A stretch of DNA of 64,000 bases from a virus. The DNA is taken from positions 5,403 through 69,402 of the IMG/VR virus record IMGVR_UViG_3300025073_000048; one strand, 5' to 3'. Under the pieces are notes generated by a model. It saw nothing but the letters and a program-made list of their open reading frames with translations, did not search any database and was not told where the DNA came from. The position numbers were made by a program, and so were the translations under genes. The first letter of the stretch is position 1, and every line of letters starts with the position of its first letter. Shown in pieces: positions 63,132 to 64,000 of this stretch.

Positions 63132-64000
63132 TATTGCCCCAATAGCCATTGGCTCATTCTGAACGGCATGTTCACCGGATCACTCAACGCTCCCATAAAT
63201 CCTTGACCTTCCGGCTGCCCTCGTCGTGCGCTCCCACGCCCCGAGAGCGTTTGATACATGGCATCAATGGAGTCTTTGTCGTATCCCGCTGCGCGAGCTT
63301 CTGCTTCAAACGTGGCGAAGTCTCCAGTTTTGTAAAGATCGGATAATCGCCCCTCAACCATATCACCGACCTTGAATTGCTTTGGAGTTTGGGTAGGGGA
63401 TGCGCTCGAGGTTCCTGCATCAGGGTTAGCTCCTGCAGCGGCTTCCGGTATAGTCCCATTTCTCCTATCGACTTCGGCTCGAATCTGCTGGGGAGACCAG
63501 CCTCGATTTTCCAATGCGACTTGGTTGTAAAGAGCCGTGTAGCGGTCTCGTTTTGCCTGTTCGACTTCTTGGTCAGCTCTTGTTCCTTGGCGCTTCACCT
63601 CAGCCAGTCTTTCCTCGCCCTGTTGCATCATCCTGTCATGCTGCTGCTGATCCTGCGCGATGCCAGCACGCCCCAGCTCACCCTCCTGTCCGAGCCGCTG
63701 CTGTTCCAACTGCAACTGCGCCTTCTGAGCGGTCATCGCGTCAAGACGTGCCTGCTTGCGGTCGTCCTGTTCTCCACGCAGCGCATCACGGCGGATCTCC
63801 AGCTCCTGCCGCTGGATCTGGCGGTCCAGGTCAGCCTGTTGCGCATCGTTCTGGATACGCTGCATTCCGAGCGCGAGGGCCGGGTTGCGCATCGCCATCG
63901 CCTGCATTGGATTCATCGGCAAGGAGGCCGCTTTCCGCGCCTCAATGCGAGCAGTGCGGTTCGCTGCCTGTTCCATGCCACGTGCTGCGACACGGTCCTT
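63131..64000 (-). CDS. Q/R-rich coiled-coil virion/ejection-like protein (partial)
   Basis: Frame open to right edge; TAATG coupling to downstream gene. Confidence 0.5.
   Translation of the reverse strand, partial: KDRVAARGMEQAANRTARIEARKAASLPMNPMQAMAMRNPALALGMQRIQNDAQQADLDRQIQRQELEIRRDALRGEQDDRKQARLDAMTAQKAQLQLEQQRLGQEGELGRAGIAQDQQQHDRMMQQGEERLAEVKRQGTRADQEVEQAKRDRYTALYNQVALENRGWSPQQIRAEVDRRNGTIPEAAAGANPDAGTSSASPTQTPKQFKVGDMVEGRLSDLYKTGDFATFEAEARAAGYDKDSIDAMYQTLSGRGSARRGQPEGQGFMGALSDPVNMPFRMSQWLLGQ

Overview
The window is most of a tailed dsDNA phage genome, apparently circularly permuted; a Planctomycetota host is inferred from DUF1580-like, CsrA-like and CPGGQC-type genes. Layout: (i) minus-strand head/tail module at 1-24.6 kb (scaffold, major capsid, glycosyltransferase-methyltransferase, TerL, portal, SGNH-domain appendage, adaptor, tail tube); (ii) HTH plus small serine recombinase at 24.7-25.9 kb; (iii) small accessory genes and a largely non-coding switch region at 26-33 kb; (iv) a plus-strand early block with an AAA+ / metallopeptidase-vWA set and stereotyped hairpin leaders at 33-40 kb; (v) a minus-strand replication/recombination operon at 40-56.8 kb (CsrA, YqaJ exonuclease, putative SSAP, SMC-like ATPase, initiator, DnaB, RusA); (vi) repressor, papain-like peptidase and large virion/ejection-like genes at 57-64 kb. 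The standout is inside operon (v). Two non-coding dual-repeat arrays with a 37-nt period (10-nt repeat, 8-nt spacer, 11-nt repeat, 8-nt spacer; about 27 and 12 units) flank a nuclease-less Nop/IS110-C-terminal-like gene that is split by a LAGLIDADG intein. This matches a TIGR-Tas (TasA-like) RNA-guided DNA-binding system, with unusual unit geometry, twin arrays and an intein. All family assignments are from motif recognition by eye; no database searches were run.
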